From contig CATNEN010000001.1 in assembly GCA_950097015.1 (NCBI GenBank), positions 23,250,001-23,314,000 on the forward strand: DNA of 64,000 nucleotides. Reading direction: 5' to 3'. The first letter of the stretch is position 1. The number at the start of each line of letters is the position of its first letter. The notes under the pieces were generated by a model. That model ran no database searches and was not told the DNA's origin. It saw nothing but the letters and a program-made list of their open reading frames with translations. This document shows, piece after piece, positions 51,594 to 64,000 of the stretch. This DNA is from Macrostomum hystrix (taxonomy: Eukaryota; Animalia; Platyhelminthes). A program made the position numbers and the translations under genes.

Positions 51594-54500
51594 CTACTGG
51601 CCTGATGTTTCCTCCGAGTTAGTAATCGTGTAAATGTACAGGTTAGCCCTGTTTCCCAGAGGTGGCTGGCGTCCACGCTCTACAGCGGCGGTCATGACAC
51701 CCTTGCTTCTTGCCAAGTCGTCGTATTTAATAGTTCCTGAGGCGTACCAGATGCGGGACAAATAGTGCCCCCCTTCCTTGAAAGTTGTAGCACGATGTTG
51801 ATATCTGAAGATTGTGAATTTGCCGTTACAGCATAGAAGTAAAGTTAGCAATGCTTATGTATTAGTGCATGCAAGACAGCGATATGTAGAGCCTTTAAAA
51901 ATGAACTAAGAATACTACGTTTCTCTCTTACTGAATACTGCAGTCCGAAAAGGGGCGAACCACTTGAGAAGGGGCAGCTCGGCTGGCGCCCAATGGATCA
52001 GAGTCTGTGGAGGAGATGACCAGAACCGGCGGAGGGCTGAACTGAAACTTCGGAGCCTGACTTCGACGCACGTGATCGCAGACTGAGCACGGCCCATAGG
52101 ACTCAGAAGAAAGAAAATCTCGCAGATAATCCTCGACTGTGCCTCCAGCTGCACAGTTACTTCCAATAGTGATTGCGTGTCCATAGGAAAGTTGCTCTGG
52201 ATTTGGGCAACGCGGGTTGAGGCACCGGCTTTGATACACTAGTCTGTGCTTTGAACCAAGGAGCTTCATACATACGTCAAGCTCACTGCCGAAGAGGCCA
52301 ATTTCGATTTTCTGATTTGTCCTGATGAAACGTTCACTGCTGAATGCGTCGAGTTGAAGAAGAAGCTTTGCTCGTGCATGCAAAGCTTGCTTCTCGGTGG
52401 TGGACTGCGATGCTTCGTTCAGAAAAACTACCAATGGATCCTCAACAATATGTTGGAGACTTGCTTTGAATCCAGGTTCATCCAGATAGGCTATGGTTAA
52501 GGCCGTGAGCAAGTTGTCTGCTGTGCAAGCGTTGTACACGTATACGCTCATAGATCCGCCTCGAGAATCTGGCACACCAGTAGCCAAACCGGAGTTCCTC
52601 AACGTGGCAAATTCCAATGCCTGTCGAGGTGGTCTTCCCTCTAAAGGATAGGTCCTGGAAGTCTACAAGAGAGAAATGGAACAGGAACACAAAGTTATCA
52701 CCGTCTGTTAAATGGCCACCAACTGACGAAACAATAAGCACTGTCCTACGTAGACCATTGTACTTATGGTGTACGTTATGTCCGTTGCAATAAATGAAAT
52801 AAATGAAATGTAAAATACATTAATAATAAAGAGTAATATAAAATACAAGAAAATAAATACGTAATGCAATAAATAATGAACAATCCACTACTTGCCGACG
52901 GTACATAAGCCGGTAGACGACGCTTTTTGTTTACTACAGGTTGCAGCGGGACATCTGCAGGCCGAGCCTGTTGAGAGTTGACCATTGGACAAAAGATGTC
53001 AGACTTTCGTTTCCGGGTTTTATTCGACAATGGCACCGTTGGCGCACCTTGCTGTGGCTGCGACTCTGACGCTGGTGACGAATGCTGCTCTGGCTGCGAC
53101 TCTGACGCTGGTGGCGAATGCTGCTCTGGCTGCGACTCTGACGCTGGTGGCGAATGCTGCTCTCGCTGCGACTCTGACGCTGGTGGCGAATGCTGTGGTG
53201 GCTGCAGCTCTTCTTCAATATCATCTTCTTCCAAAGAAGTCACACCTGTTACACGGTACATGTCTCTCTTGAACAGAATTTCGTTCCCATTGTGATGAGA
53301 ATGGAGCGCCTGGATGAACTCAGAGAGACTGACTTGTTTACTCTCAAAGACACTGTTCTTCATAAGGCCAATCCAGCGCTCCGTGTGCCCCTCCGTAAAT
53401 CGTGAACTGCTGGGCATAATGCCGCAGATAAGAGGGAGATACGGAGTGAATGTATTGGTTATGCGTTCAGCCAAAGCCGGACATACATAGGCGTTCAGAC
53501 TATCAGTAGACTCGTCAAACGGCAGTGCACTCACTTCCAGTTGAACTTCTTGCCGGATTTGTTCAGCCCGCTGCCAGAATGGGGACCGGCGCATTATGGT
53601 TCCGTCTGCATTGACTTCTATTTGTGAAGATTCGTTCGTCTCTTGATCCAGAGTCTCGAACTCGGCACGGACGCTCTCCATGTTGCTCATTACTCTTAGA
53701 AATTTTTTCGGACAACATCCTAGATGCCGATCCATTCTTTTAACTACGGCTTCCGTAGGAGCCATGAGCACAAGGTAGATGGCTCTCAACAGCCTGTCAG
53801 CTGTTTGAATGCTGTCGATCGCTACCATGCACGCCATAGACCGCAGCCAGAACTGTTTGACTGCCCTGTTACTGCAATTGGTTACTTCCTTCAAGCGAGT
53901 CATCTCCTTGACTAGATGACTTCGGCCAAGGCCGATGACAGGAAGGGGATCCCAATCGCTGTCCTTAGTCAAGTGATGAAAGCATTCTTTGATGTAGAGC
54001 GACAGCGATAGACCATGAAAGCAGCCGATGAGTCCGTGTAAAGTGGCAAAATTGAAGTCTGTAACCACCTGCGAAACGCGAACTGTTGACAAAAATGTCG
54101 TACATTCTCTAAACCAAACGTCCAGGCAAAAGCGCAGGGTGATTCCTGTCTGAGATGTCGATAGAATCTCCAACAATGGCATCACTTTCCCACCAACGGT
54201 AGGGTTCTGAAGCACCAGAGCGTGATAGTAGATGGGCTTGGTGCAACTGCTGGGGCGCTGATGGATTGGAGCAGCAGTTGAATCCATTCCCATACGTATG
54301 GGCCAGCCCCTCAGCTGCATCTCCCGTAGACTCTGAAAGGGACGGGAATGGAATAGAATGATGGTCTCGGCCCGACCCTCACTCTGGATAACCTTTCTGA
54401 TATACGCGGGTTGTAGGACCCTCTCAAGTCGGCGCAGTTCTATCAGGTCATCCATGTCTGGAACTCCCAGCTCAGCTCTGCGCAGTCGCTCAGCTGCAAT

Positions 54501-55474
54501 GCGTAGGGCCTCTGACGAAGGCACCTCACTGAGGGGTTCGTTGGCGGCAATGGCCGCTGCGACCCTGTAAGAGTTCGAAACCAGCGTCGATCTCGCGAGC
54601 TTATATCGCCGTTCACCAGTCAGCCGCCGACTTCGAGCCGCAGGGTGGTTCTCCAATGGCGCAGTGACTGTCCGGAGTTCCCATGATGTCAAACTCGCAT
54701 CTTTGGCTTCCACAATAAACGTTGCTGGACAGGTAGGCTCGCAGCAGTAGACATGAGCGTAATGAATCCCCGTCTTTCTGCGAAACTTTCCTACTTTTTT
54801 CGCGAGACAGCACGGTTCAACCGAAAGAGCAAAAAGGCGAACCACGTCGCTGAACCAATCTGGCTTTAAAACACCGTCACGGAGAAGTCCTGCGGGCTCG
54901 CTGAAGCTCTGGTGGAAGATAGGCAGAATTGTCGAGGAGGAAGAACTGAAAAGAGATGGTTTTAAAGGAAGACATTGTCAGTGCCAATGTCATCTGCCAA
55001 TGACATCTGACTAAATAAAGGGCACGGACAGTTCGCAACAGGCATGCAGAAATAGTACGTGAAACAAAAAGGCTATCTTACATGCAGCGCGTCTCATCAG
55101 TTGAAGAGTCTGCGTTACATTCAGCTGTTTCGATGGGAACGTCCTCAGAAATGTCCTTGTAATTACGTAGCAGAAATGTATAGACGTACTTTTTGTTTAC
55201 ATCAGAAGGAGGAACGTGAAAAAATCTGCACAGACGCGGCAAGCGATCGTCATCTGACCGACGATGGCTAGGAAGTGGAGAACTAATATACTCCTCAGGG
55301 TCAATACCGCACAGCTTGAAGAAATCAAGCAGACTTGAACGAGTCAGTTGCCGTTCTAGAATAAGGAGAGACGAATAAAAAACGAATGTACTATACTCGT
55401 ATAGTATATCAACTACGCCTTTCACGCCCCAGATTCTGAGCCGTTGTAAACTTACTTAAAGAATCATCCGCCAT
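51594..55474 (-). CDS. Spliced NOF-like MULE transposase with a C-terminal putative cysteine-protease region (exons about 55456-55474, 55081-55356, 52880-54945, 51920-52640, 51594-51805)
   Basis: The MULE-like pattern MGMDST...YYHALV...PLLEILS...VVTDFNFA...GRSH...TEGHTERW resembles Drosophila NOF-FB-type proteins. GT/AG sites flank the exons; downstream exon limits are approximate. A 39-bp coding repeat lies at 53045-53200. Confidence 0.75.
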
Positions 55475-55621
55475 GGTGGACCAAAACTGAAAGGTCCTGA
55501 AATTGAAATTGAAAGGAGGCGAAACTATAAATAACAATAAATAAACGAAACTGAAGACAAGAACTGGCGGATATATGATAACACTTCACTATGCTTCATC
55601 ATATTCGATAATCAATATACT

Positions 55622-56232
55622 TCGATCGAAGTTGGATCGAGGTTGTATCGAGGTTGGATCGAGTTGTTAGAAGTTGGATTAAAGTTGGATCGAGGTTGGA
55701 TTGAGGTTGGATCGAGTTGTTACAAGCTGGATCAAAGTTCGATCGAGGTTGCATTGAGGTTGGATCGAGTTGTTAGAAGTTGGATTGAGGATGGATCGAG
55801 GTTGGATTGAGGTTGGATCGAGTTGTTACAAGCTGGATCAAAGTTGGATCAATGTTGGATTGAGGTTGGATCTAGTTGTTAGAAGTTGGATCAAAGTTGG
55901 ATCGAGGTTGGATTGAGGTTGGATCGAGTTGTTAGAAGTTGGATCAAAGTTGGATCGAGGTTGCATTGAGGTTGGATCTAGTTGTTAGAAGTTGGATCAA
56001 AGTTGGATCGAGGTTGGATTGAGGTTGGATCGAGTTGTTAGAAGTTGGATCAAAGTTGGATCGAGGTTGCATTGAGGTTGGATCGAGTTGTTAGAAGTTG
56101 GATTGAGGTTGGATCGAGTTGTTAGAAGTTGGATTAAAGTTGGATCGAGGTTGCATTGAGGTTGGATCGAGTTGTTAGAAGTTGGATCGAAGTTGGATTG
56201 AGGTTGGATCGAGTTGTTACAAGCTGGATCGA
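55622..56232 (-). repeat. Arm-internal tandem array (right arm, fewer units)
   Basis: Reverse complement of the 48405-49332 array. Confidence 0.95.
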
Positions 56233-59200
56233 AGTATCAAATCCAAAATATCATTTGCAGTGCAACATTTTGATTCCTGCTAAATATATTTAGTAAGATT
56301 GCTACCAGTATACTTTTCTTCAAAGTTTACCCCCAAAAACCAATGTGACAAAAGAACACCTTGGTTAATTATAGACAAAATAAATCCTTTTACATTAATA
56401 GACTAGACTTTCAAGATTTACCTTTATGCCTATCATTATTAACATGGTGATGGATCTTTGTATATTCACAATTATGCATCCATTTATTAGCCTACTTTTC
56501 TTTAGCAAACAACTTTTGCTTTCTTTTGGGTAAGCAAACAACTTAGCAGAGGTTTTTTATAGTATAGTATCCTTTCTATAGGAAAAGGCCTATTATAAAA
56601 TCAGCTTAGAGAAGGCCATAGAAAAAAGCTATATTTAGAAGGACCATTAACTTCGTGGAGCATGCATTATATTATAAATACTACATACATTGTAAAAATG
56701 CATCTTCACCCTCAACTAGGCAACTAAGGCATTGCAAGGCTTATAGCTAGTATAGGATCTGTAATATTTCGACAAATTAGAACACCACCTTTACTAAATT
56801 ATAGAGTACATATATATATATATATATACAAAATATACAAATATAAATATAAGTATATATACAAAAATATATACAAGCCCATAGGAGGAAGGCAATGTTC
56901 GAGATTCCTCCAAAAATATATATAAGCCCATAGGAGGAAGGCAATATTCGAGATTCCTATTATTTTATTTGCTTTGCGCAGTTTAAAGTAGCTCGGGTGG
57001 TCAACGTCTTGAATTTTGAATTTATTCTTTTCTATCGAAGTAAACAAACACCAGTATAAAAAGGCTTTATGCTGCTAACCAAATGGTAAGGTATTTTATT
57101 ATTCGCACTATTTATTTTATGTGCATTAGTCTTGCTCGCTATAATCGTACAAGAGCTTGATCATGCAACGAAAATATTTGTGCTATTATGCTCCGATTGT
57201 CTGCTCACAACAAAATTGCCAAAAAGGTGTGAAATGTTGTGGGTAAATGTATTCTGAAGTATGGCACACATGGATACCTTCGTTTAGGTCAATATTTTCG
57301 AGTTGGCACAACTGTGCCACACTGAGTAAATTGCAGCAACCGATTTTTGTTTAAAAAATCTATATTTTTACCTTTCACACTGAACAAAAAAGCCTGAAAG
57401 CCAAACAGCTGCCACTTTTTTTACCTATTTGTTGTATTTTGGTCCCAAGTTCAAGAATTTATAATTGGCACACATCTCCTTTTCACTGTCACGTTACAAA
57501 ATAACATCTACCGTTCCAGCAACCGTATTTTACATTCCCGGGTTTTTTAATCACCCCCAGCGTCGAAGCCCAGCCTACAAGGTCACCGAAAAGCAATGGC
57601 ACACGCTTAACTAAGGTCGCTTTACAGAAATTGTTAAGTTGTAGATGTGGCACAGGCAATATTAAAAATTCGGTAGCTGGCGTGGTTGTTGCGGACCGGG
57701 AAGTATCGCAGAAAAGCATCTTCCGGTATCAATAGACATGAAAAATAGTTTCGCGAGTGAATGGCGACACAAATATAGGCGATAGCGATAGTAAGCTGAT
57801 AGCTTGAAGTGAGCTTAAAATATTGTCTTGCACAAAAGTGTCATTTGGTCAAAGCCTTGAATTCGGGTATTTTGAGCAAGATTTGACTGCACTGCAATGC
57901 AGTCTAGGCAAAGGCAGTAGAGCAGGTATTGAAGGAACAAGAAAGACATGAATTTTGTGTCTATTATGTGCCTTACAAGCAGATGGGGCACTGCAATGCA
58001 GTCTGGGCAAAGGCAGTAGAGCAGAAATAAAAATAACAAGAAATATATGAATCTCTTATCTATTTGTATATATCATATATAGGCAAATTAACAAAGTGAT
58101 AATGACAGTAAATTCTTTTTTGTCACACTTACAATTAAGCAATATTGTAATGGATAGCAATGAATAGAAGTGGGGACATTCCTATTCTATTGGGAAATAT
58201 TCTATTTTATTGGTGAAATTGTTTCTAGAGTCAGAAAGTAATGTAAACATGTTGTTATCTATACTTTTAGTATTATAATTCAAATTAGTAATTCAAATAT
58301 TATATACAATATAATTTAACTCCTTTCAAATTTCTATTGAGAATTAGGACCGCCATGAAGAACTATATAAGAAATGCAGTAAAATATATTGCAAGTTTGT
58401 CAGATTACACTAACAGCCTTTCAAGATTTTTATTTCACAAGTCACATAAAAAAGAATAATTTTCCTGCAGAATCATTTCATTGTAGCATATTCGTGGATC
58501 TGCTTGTAAAAAATATGAGAGAAAAGTTGCTACTTTCGGTCTCAATAGGTCTCAATTACACAATTCTTTGACACTTGTCTACAGTGTATATTAAGAAAAA
58601 TGCATACATAAATAAACTTTGATAATATATCGCCTTAGTGTGTTGTTGGCCAACACGCAGATTAGAAATCACTGACACGATAGAAAAGATTATCGCTTTC
58701 ACTACCCCTGCAGTATCGTAGCTTTCGAACTGAAAAAGCACGATATCTACAATTAGCGCGCCGAGTGAACACACGTGCATATTGGTTTTAAAAGTGTGCT
58801 AATTTTTGTTCAAATCTGCAAACTAAAAAGGAAAATATTTTTTATAACTGAAGTCTTTCATACACCATATCCTACACACAAGAAGGATCTCACTTCCAGC
58901 TTTCTGTGCTTGGCTTCTCGAAGCACACACAACCATGTGTGATGTGGAAAGTGCGACACCCTCCATTTCACCCCCTATAACAACTGAAAATAATTTTTTT
59001 CTCAGCCAAGCGGTTATGCACAAGAAAATGGTTATAACACACATGCCTGTTGATGTGCGCCATTTTATATATTTTTCTAACTAACTTTTTTCATGACTTT
59101 GGGGGTGAATTCAGTACTTAGTGCCATGCGTCCGGAGTCCCCCAGAGTTAAAAATTTTGTTGAATGCTGCAGACACCACGCAGATAAACAACGGCATGCC

Positions 59201-59295
59201 AGGTTGTTGTAGAAGTCAGTGCAAATTAAAAAACGAATTACTTAATATGAATATCTTGTGCAATAATATTTTTTCGATACGAAAACAATAGTTTT

Positions 59296-59903
59296 TGTGA
59301 CGTTGTCACTTACTGCCAGAGCCCCTATGAAGTTTAAATTTATGTGGTACTGAATTGGGCCGTTTAACAAATATAATTACGCTGTCACCAACTTTGCAAT
59401 TCCGTATATTTCTTAGATTGTTACTGTAAGTAAACGCCAACGCACATCGCGCTATCCCTAAACTTATCTCGCAGTTGCATTAATACCAATTCTCTCAGCC
59501 AATGAGCGTGCGTGCTCTGTTTCTCTAGATTATCGATCGCTCTGTTTTTACCGCGGGCTAGCTTATTTAACTAGGCCCCCTGGGCCCGCCCGTGCCGCAA
59601 CCGGCCCACCCCTTTTGTCACTGCTCTTGTCCCGGCGACTATTACTTTCACTGCGACCTACTTACCCACTGTTCTGCCGAGTCTTTCGTTCTGTCATTAC
59701 CTATATACTGTCATCTGCTGTCTTCTCTATTGCATCGTCATCATTGAGCTCCTGCACCTGACTTTAATTATATTGCTTGTCGTGTGTCTCAGTGATAATA
59801 AATAAAGATAAAGTGCTACCGCTACACTAGATTACGCGAACTCTGGACTCTAATTTGAATATTAAACTTCCGCCTGACTCTGTCTGCCCTTAATTTCGTC
59901 ACA
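59296..59903 (+). mobile_element. Probable solo LTR
   Basis: Ends TGTGACG...CGTCACA, with flanks GTTTT and GTTGT (4/5 match). It has a TATA-like site at about 59702 and AATAAA at about 59798. Confidence 0.55.
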
Positions 59904-62780
59904 GTTGTAGAGAAAAACGCAAACGAAAATTCTTTTTAAAAAGTTTGTCCATATGGTTTCGATACTATTTTCCTTAATATTTTCTGAATCAGAGGAGTTA
60001 AGTGGAAGGAACTGGGTGGCACATGTAGACAACTTCATCTAAATTAATAAACAATAGTTTGCACAACCGTGCCGCACTTAGCTAGTGCAAGCAACCAAAG
60101 AGTTCACCAAAAAGTGCCATTTTGGATATTTTGGAGGCTCTGCAAAAGTACATGAAGTCGACACTGGCACGCATCCACCTAACAATGTCATGTCCCTATA
60201 GCCCAGCAACCGCTCCAGCAACCGCTCCAGCAACCGTTTTTTGACATTCCAACCCACTGAAAAAACCCTAGGGGCCCCTCTGGGCTGAGCGGAGGGGCCC
60301 CAAGGGGATAGCAAGGGGAATGAGAGTGGATTCGGTAGGGGTCCCCTAGGGGCAACTAGGGGTTCTGTAGGGGCAAACCCCAATGAAACCCCTATAAATG
60401 TATTGAATGGGGGCTAACCCCTATCACTTTTTGCATGTTTGTCGTTGAAATTGGTGATCCCGTCGTAGTACGAAAAAAGGAAAAATGCATATTAACTTTA
60501 AAGCACATGGATAATTTGATCTTGAATTTTACATTACTGTAGATCTTAGAAGTGAGGCGCCGAAAACTATTTATTTACTACCATTTTACCTTCGCGGACA
60601 CAAGCCAAGGCTCAATAATTTTACAGTAAGAAACAAAATTGATAATTATTAATTTTTTTGCCATTTGCAAAACAAAAAAAATACTAACAACAATTTACTC
60701 ATATTCAAACTACAAGTATATGGATGCATTAAGCTTACACGGCGCAATAATGACATAAAACATAGATACGAGTTTTATCTCGTAGGTTAAATAGATAGAT
60801 AGGTTAGGTGAGACAGGTTAAACAATTAGCGTTCACAACAAAATTCAATGTTGTTCTTGAGTGAAATATAAGTATAAGCTCCTGAACCAATAGTAAAAAT
60901 GGTTCCATGCGAACGAATCATATTCTTTTGAAGTAAGTAAACAGTACAGGGAACAGCAACACCAAATTGGATAAGGATTTGCAATAAATGAACAATTGCT
61001 TGTTTTGGCAAGTTAAACATGATAAGAAAGCACAATAAAGCTTTATGGAGAGCAGCATCAGTAGAGTCAGTTGAAGCTTCGGATCTAAAAACAAGCTAAT
61101 TGCCAATGTTCTCTTCATTATCCTCATCAGCCGAGTAATATTCTGGCTCATCAATGTCGATGTCAGCATCTAAGGTCAAGTCATAATCTTCCTGGGCTGC
61201 TCTTCAAATTCTTGCTGTCGAAGCAGAGATGAAACTTTTTGATCCAAAAACTTCTTTTGGTTAATTGTTAGATCTTGATCATTTAGATTTGGGTCAAAAA
61301 GCATAGTATCATTATCAAGCCCAAGATTAATTCTTTCATTACATGATTTATTGACTTAACGGTAAAATTTAGACTTTGACATTATCTGAAATTGTAAAAA
61401 ATAATAATTTTAGTTATTAGTTACATACATAGATTAAACTTGAAGTTGAAATTTATGATTTATGATCACAAAACTATGCTTAGGACCTATATTGACTTGA
61501 AAAAGAAATGAAGTGTAAAGTTATGAATTGAATATGGAATTTAAGGCTTGCAATTGCATACATTTACTAAGCATATGCATTTCTTGCAGGAGACCAAAGG
61601 AGTCAAAATTCTTGTTTGGTTTGAAGATTCACTTTTCAATTGATAATCCTTTCAATTTAACCTACTTTGGACAATTCCTGGCTACAGTGCATTATTGAGC
61701 AATAGGGCCTATCCCATTTAAATTAACATTAAAGTGCGTATAAAGACTTGAAATAATGTTTTGCTGATTCATCATTAAGCTTATTTGATTCCAGTTTATT
61801 TTTCTGCAAGTTCCAAGTTTCTAAGAAAACAATTTACTAAATGAAAGAGAATATATGGCAATATGCCTCTTAGATTTCTGGCCTAGGCCTAATCCTAGGC
61901 TTGTGGCTTTTTGCTACCAAATACTTCAACTTAGTCTTAGTGTTGATGTTTTGTTTTGAACTAATCTTATACATGTTTGGTTGTATTATTCTTGTCGATT
62001 TGTGAATAATTTTGAAGGCCCAAATTTTGTCTTGGCTAGGCTTAACACTTATTTGTAGCATAACATTAAAATAGAATAGAATACAACATGTAAATTGTTA
62101 AGATTAAGCACTAGCAGTACCATTTAGCATCGCCAAGTCAATATTAAAATTCAATACTTCTTGCAGTGATAGGGGGGCCTAGGCCCTACCGAGCAACAAA
62201 ACTTAAAGCTGATTAAAGTTTCAATGCAATGTGGGCAACTAATGATTCAGCTAATATAAATACAGACTTGTATACATTTATTTTAGAACTAAACATTCCT
62301 AACTTAACTAAGCATAGGACACCTTTAATTGCAAACAATACAATAAAATGGATGAAACATAGTACGCCTGTCAAAATCAAATGTTAAAGAGCCGAAGCGA
62401 TCGAGAACAAAGATGACCGTTTTTTCGGTACCAGTTCCAGTTCCAAATAATGCATAGTGGGAAATTTATTACAAAAAACTACTTTGCGCATTTCTAAGCA
62501 CAAAATGCTTTAAAATGTCAAAACTGCCAGAAGAAATCTACTTATAAATTAAATTTCATTAAGATTCTTTGCCCAATCACTGAGTTATAGCCTTCTACTT
62601 TATTATGGAATGCATGTCCCATTAAACCTAATGCATTTCAAAAGTCAAGTGACTTTTTTGCAGAAAAAAATGTATCATTTTAAGCGTCAGAGCCTATCGA
62701 CATAACTTCAAATATCAAAACTGCCAGAAGAAATCTACTAAAAAATAAAATTTCATGCAGATTCTCTGCCTAATCTAACT

Positions 62781-63000
62781 CCCTAGAGAACATTGAATTG
62801 AAGATTCTTACAAGATCTGACTTGAACTTCCCGCTACGGACTTGCAAGAAATTACCAGATCTTGCCTATGTAAATGTATATGCAGATCGTACCTGATCTT
62901 GCATGTTCTTGTAAGACACGAACTGCCAAGATCATACTGAAACACATCACGATCTTATCAGATATTTCAAGATATGCCAAGACAGCAGTGTACATTTGCA
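62781..63000 (+). mobile_element. Left terminus of another CCCTAG-family DNA transposon
   Basis: CCCTAGAGAACATTGA...GATTCTTACAAGATCTG is similar to the terminus at 22715, with AGATCT-type subterminal repeats. Confidence 0.65.
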
Positions 63001-63279
63001 CCCTTGGAACTTGGTTATCTGGTCAGATCTGGGCTTAAAGCTTGCCAGTTTATTGCAGTTTTATATTTTAAGCATAGTAAAAGAAAGTAGTCATAAGCAA
63101 GATTTCGTATTTTTTTCATTCTTTATTCAAAAAAATTTTATATATTTAAAATTATACTTCTGATTGTGCTTGTTCTAATTGTTCTGATTTGTGAATTTCT
63201 GTTTGGTTTTATTTATCGTTTTACACTGAACGTGGCATATACATAGTGACAGCGATTGTGATAGAATCTGCGTATAAGC

Positions 63280-63495
63280 AGTACAAAAAGAGTGACACTG
63301 ACAGAAAGACAGTAAAATAGACAGTAGCAACGAAAGACAATGACAAGCAAAATCGGCATATAAGTAGTACAAAAGGGACACTAGCAGCGAAATTAAAAGA
63401 CAATGACAAGCAAAATCAGCATATAAGTAGTACAAAAGGGACACTAGCAGCGAAATTAAAAGACAATGACAAGCAAAATCAGCATATAAGTAGTT
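63280..63495 (+). repeat. Tandem repeat of about 62 bp (2-3 copies)
   Basis: The unit AAAGACAATGACAAGCAAAATCAGCATATAAGTAGTACAAAAGGGACACTAGCAGCG recurs. Confidence 0.85.
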
Positions 63496-64000
63496 TCAAA
63501 GAGAGACAATTGTCACAAGAATAACTTTTTTAGTATGTGAATTCGACAAACTGCTTCCGCAGCAGTGGCAGTATAGAGAGCAGGCAGTGGCGATAGAGTG
63601 TGAGCAGTTGCGATGTGGTGCAGGAATCAGAATTCCGCAGTTCATAGCAGTCCTAACTGTAAACAGAATTATATATATTTTAAATGTAGACAAAATCTGC
63701 TGAGATACGAATACAACTGGAGTGAATTTTACCTACCGTTTTCCCAGGCGCTTGCGATGGAATCTGGGGATATCGATGCGATCCTGATTGACATCGACCG
63801 ATGCGATCCGATTCGATCCGATCCGATCCGATAACAAAAAAATGAAAAAGAAAATCCTATGTAAATTTAAAAAAATATTATAAAGATGCATTATGATACA
63901 CAACGAGTTTAACTTCAAGATTTGCACAGCTTGGCACTGGTGAAAAATGTAATCGTTTCGGGCAGTGTTTATCCAAGGCCTGCAAGAAGACATGCGTGCA

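Larger units (their letters stand above)
45625..57704. mobile_element. Foldback/NOF-like MULE with long inverted arms and a 9-bp TSD
   Basis: The arms 45625-49418 and 55539-57704 are near-perfect reverse complements. ATCGCAGAA is duplicated at 45616-45624 and 57705-57713. Confidence 0.92.

Noticed and set aside
46282-57047. Identical 82-aa ORFs on opposite strands
   Set aside because: They are chance ORFs in the AT-rich inverted arms.
60253-60425. CCC-starting segment with GGGGCCCC palindromic motifs as a transposon end
   Set aside because: No partner terminus or TSD was found in the window, so it is too weak to call.

Overview
Repeat-saturated eukaryotic DNA, probably from an invertebrate animal, with no ordinary host gene; essentially all of it is nested mobile DNA. 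From left to right: (1) an RNase H-bearing LINE inserted into two fused jockey/I-group LINE copies; (2) a spliced DUF4806-like transposon gene; (3) an orphan 28S rDNA fragment carrying a decayed R2 element with an HDV-like ribozyme; (4) an old NOF/MULE transposase gene split by a 21-kb CCC-terminated element. That element holds three head-to-tail Helitrons with minisatellites, an RPA-like gene, an Ingi-like LINE, a hAT MITE and an AlkB fragment. (5) A 12-kb Foldback/NOF-like MULE with 2.2-kb inverted arms and a perfect 9-bp TSD; (6) a probable solo LTR. The best candidate for a new system is an ALKBH2/3-type demethylase domain fused in frame to the gag-like ORF1 of a LINE, with a second intronless AlkB fragment at 41.7 kb. 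Other notable items are a ubiquitin-tail motif (LNLVMRLRGG) ahead of the Ingi-like endonuclease, a copy of the 28S-end/3'ETS junction inside the R2 ribozyme linker, and a USP-like protease module on the NOF transposase. All family calls come from motif recognition by eye, and novelty has not been checked against databases.
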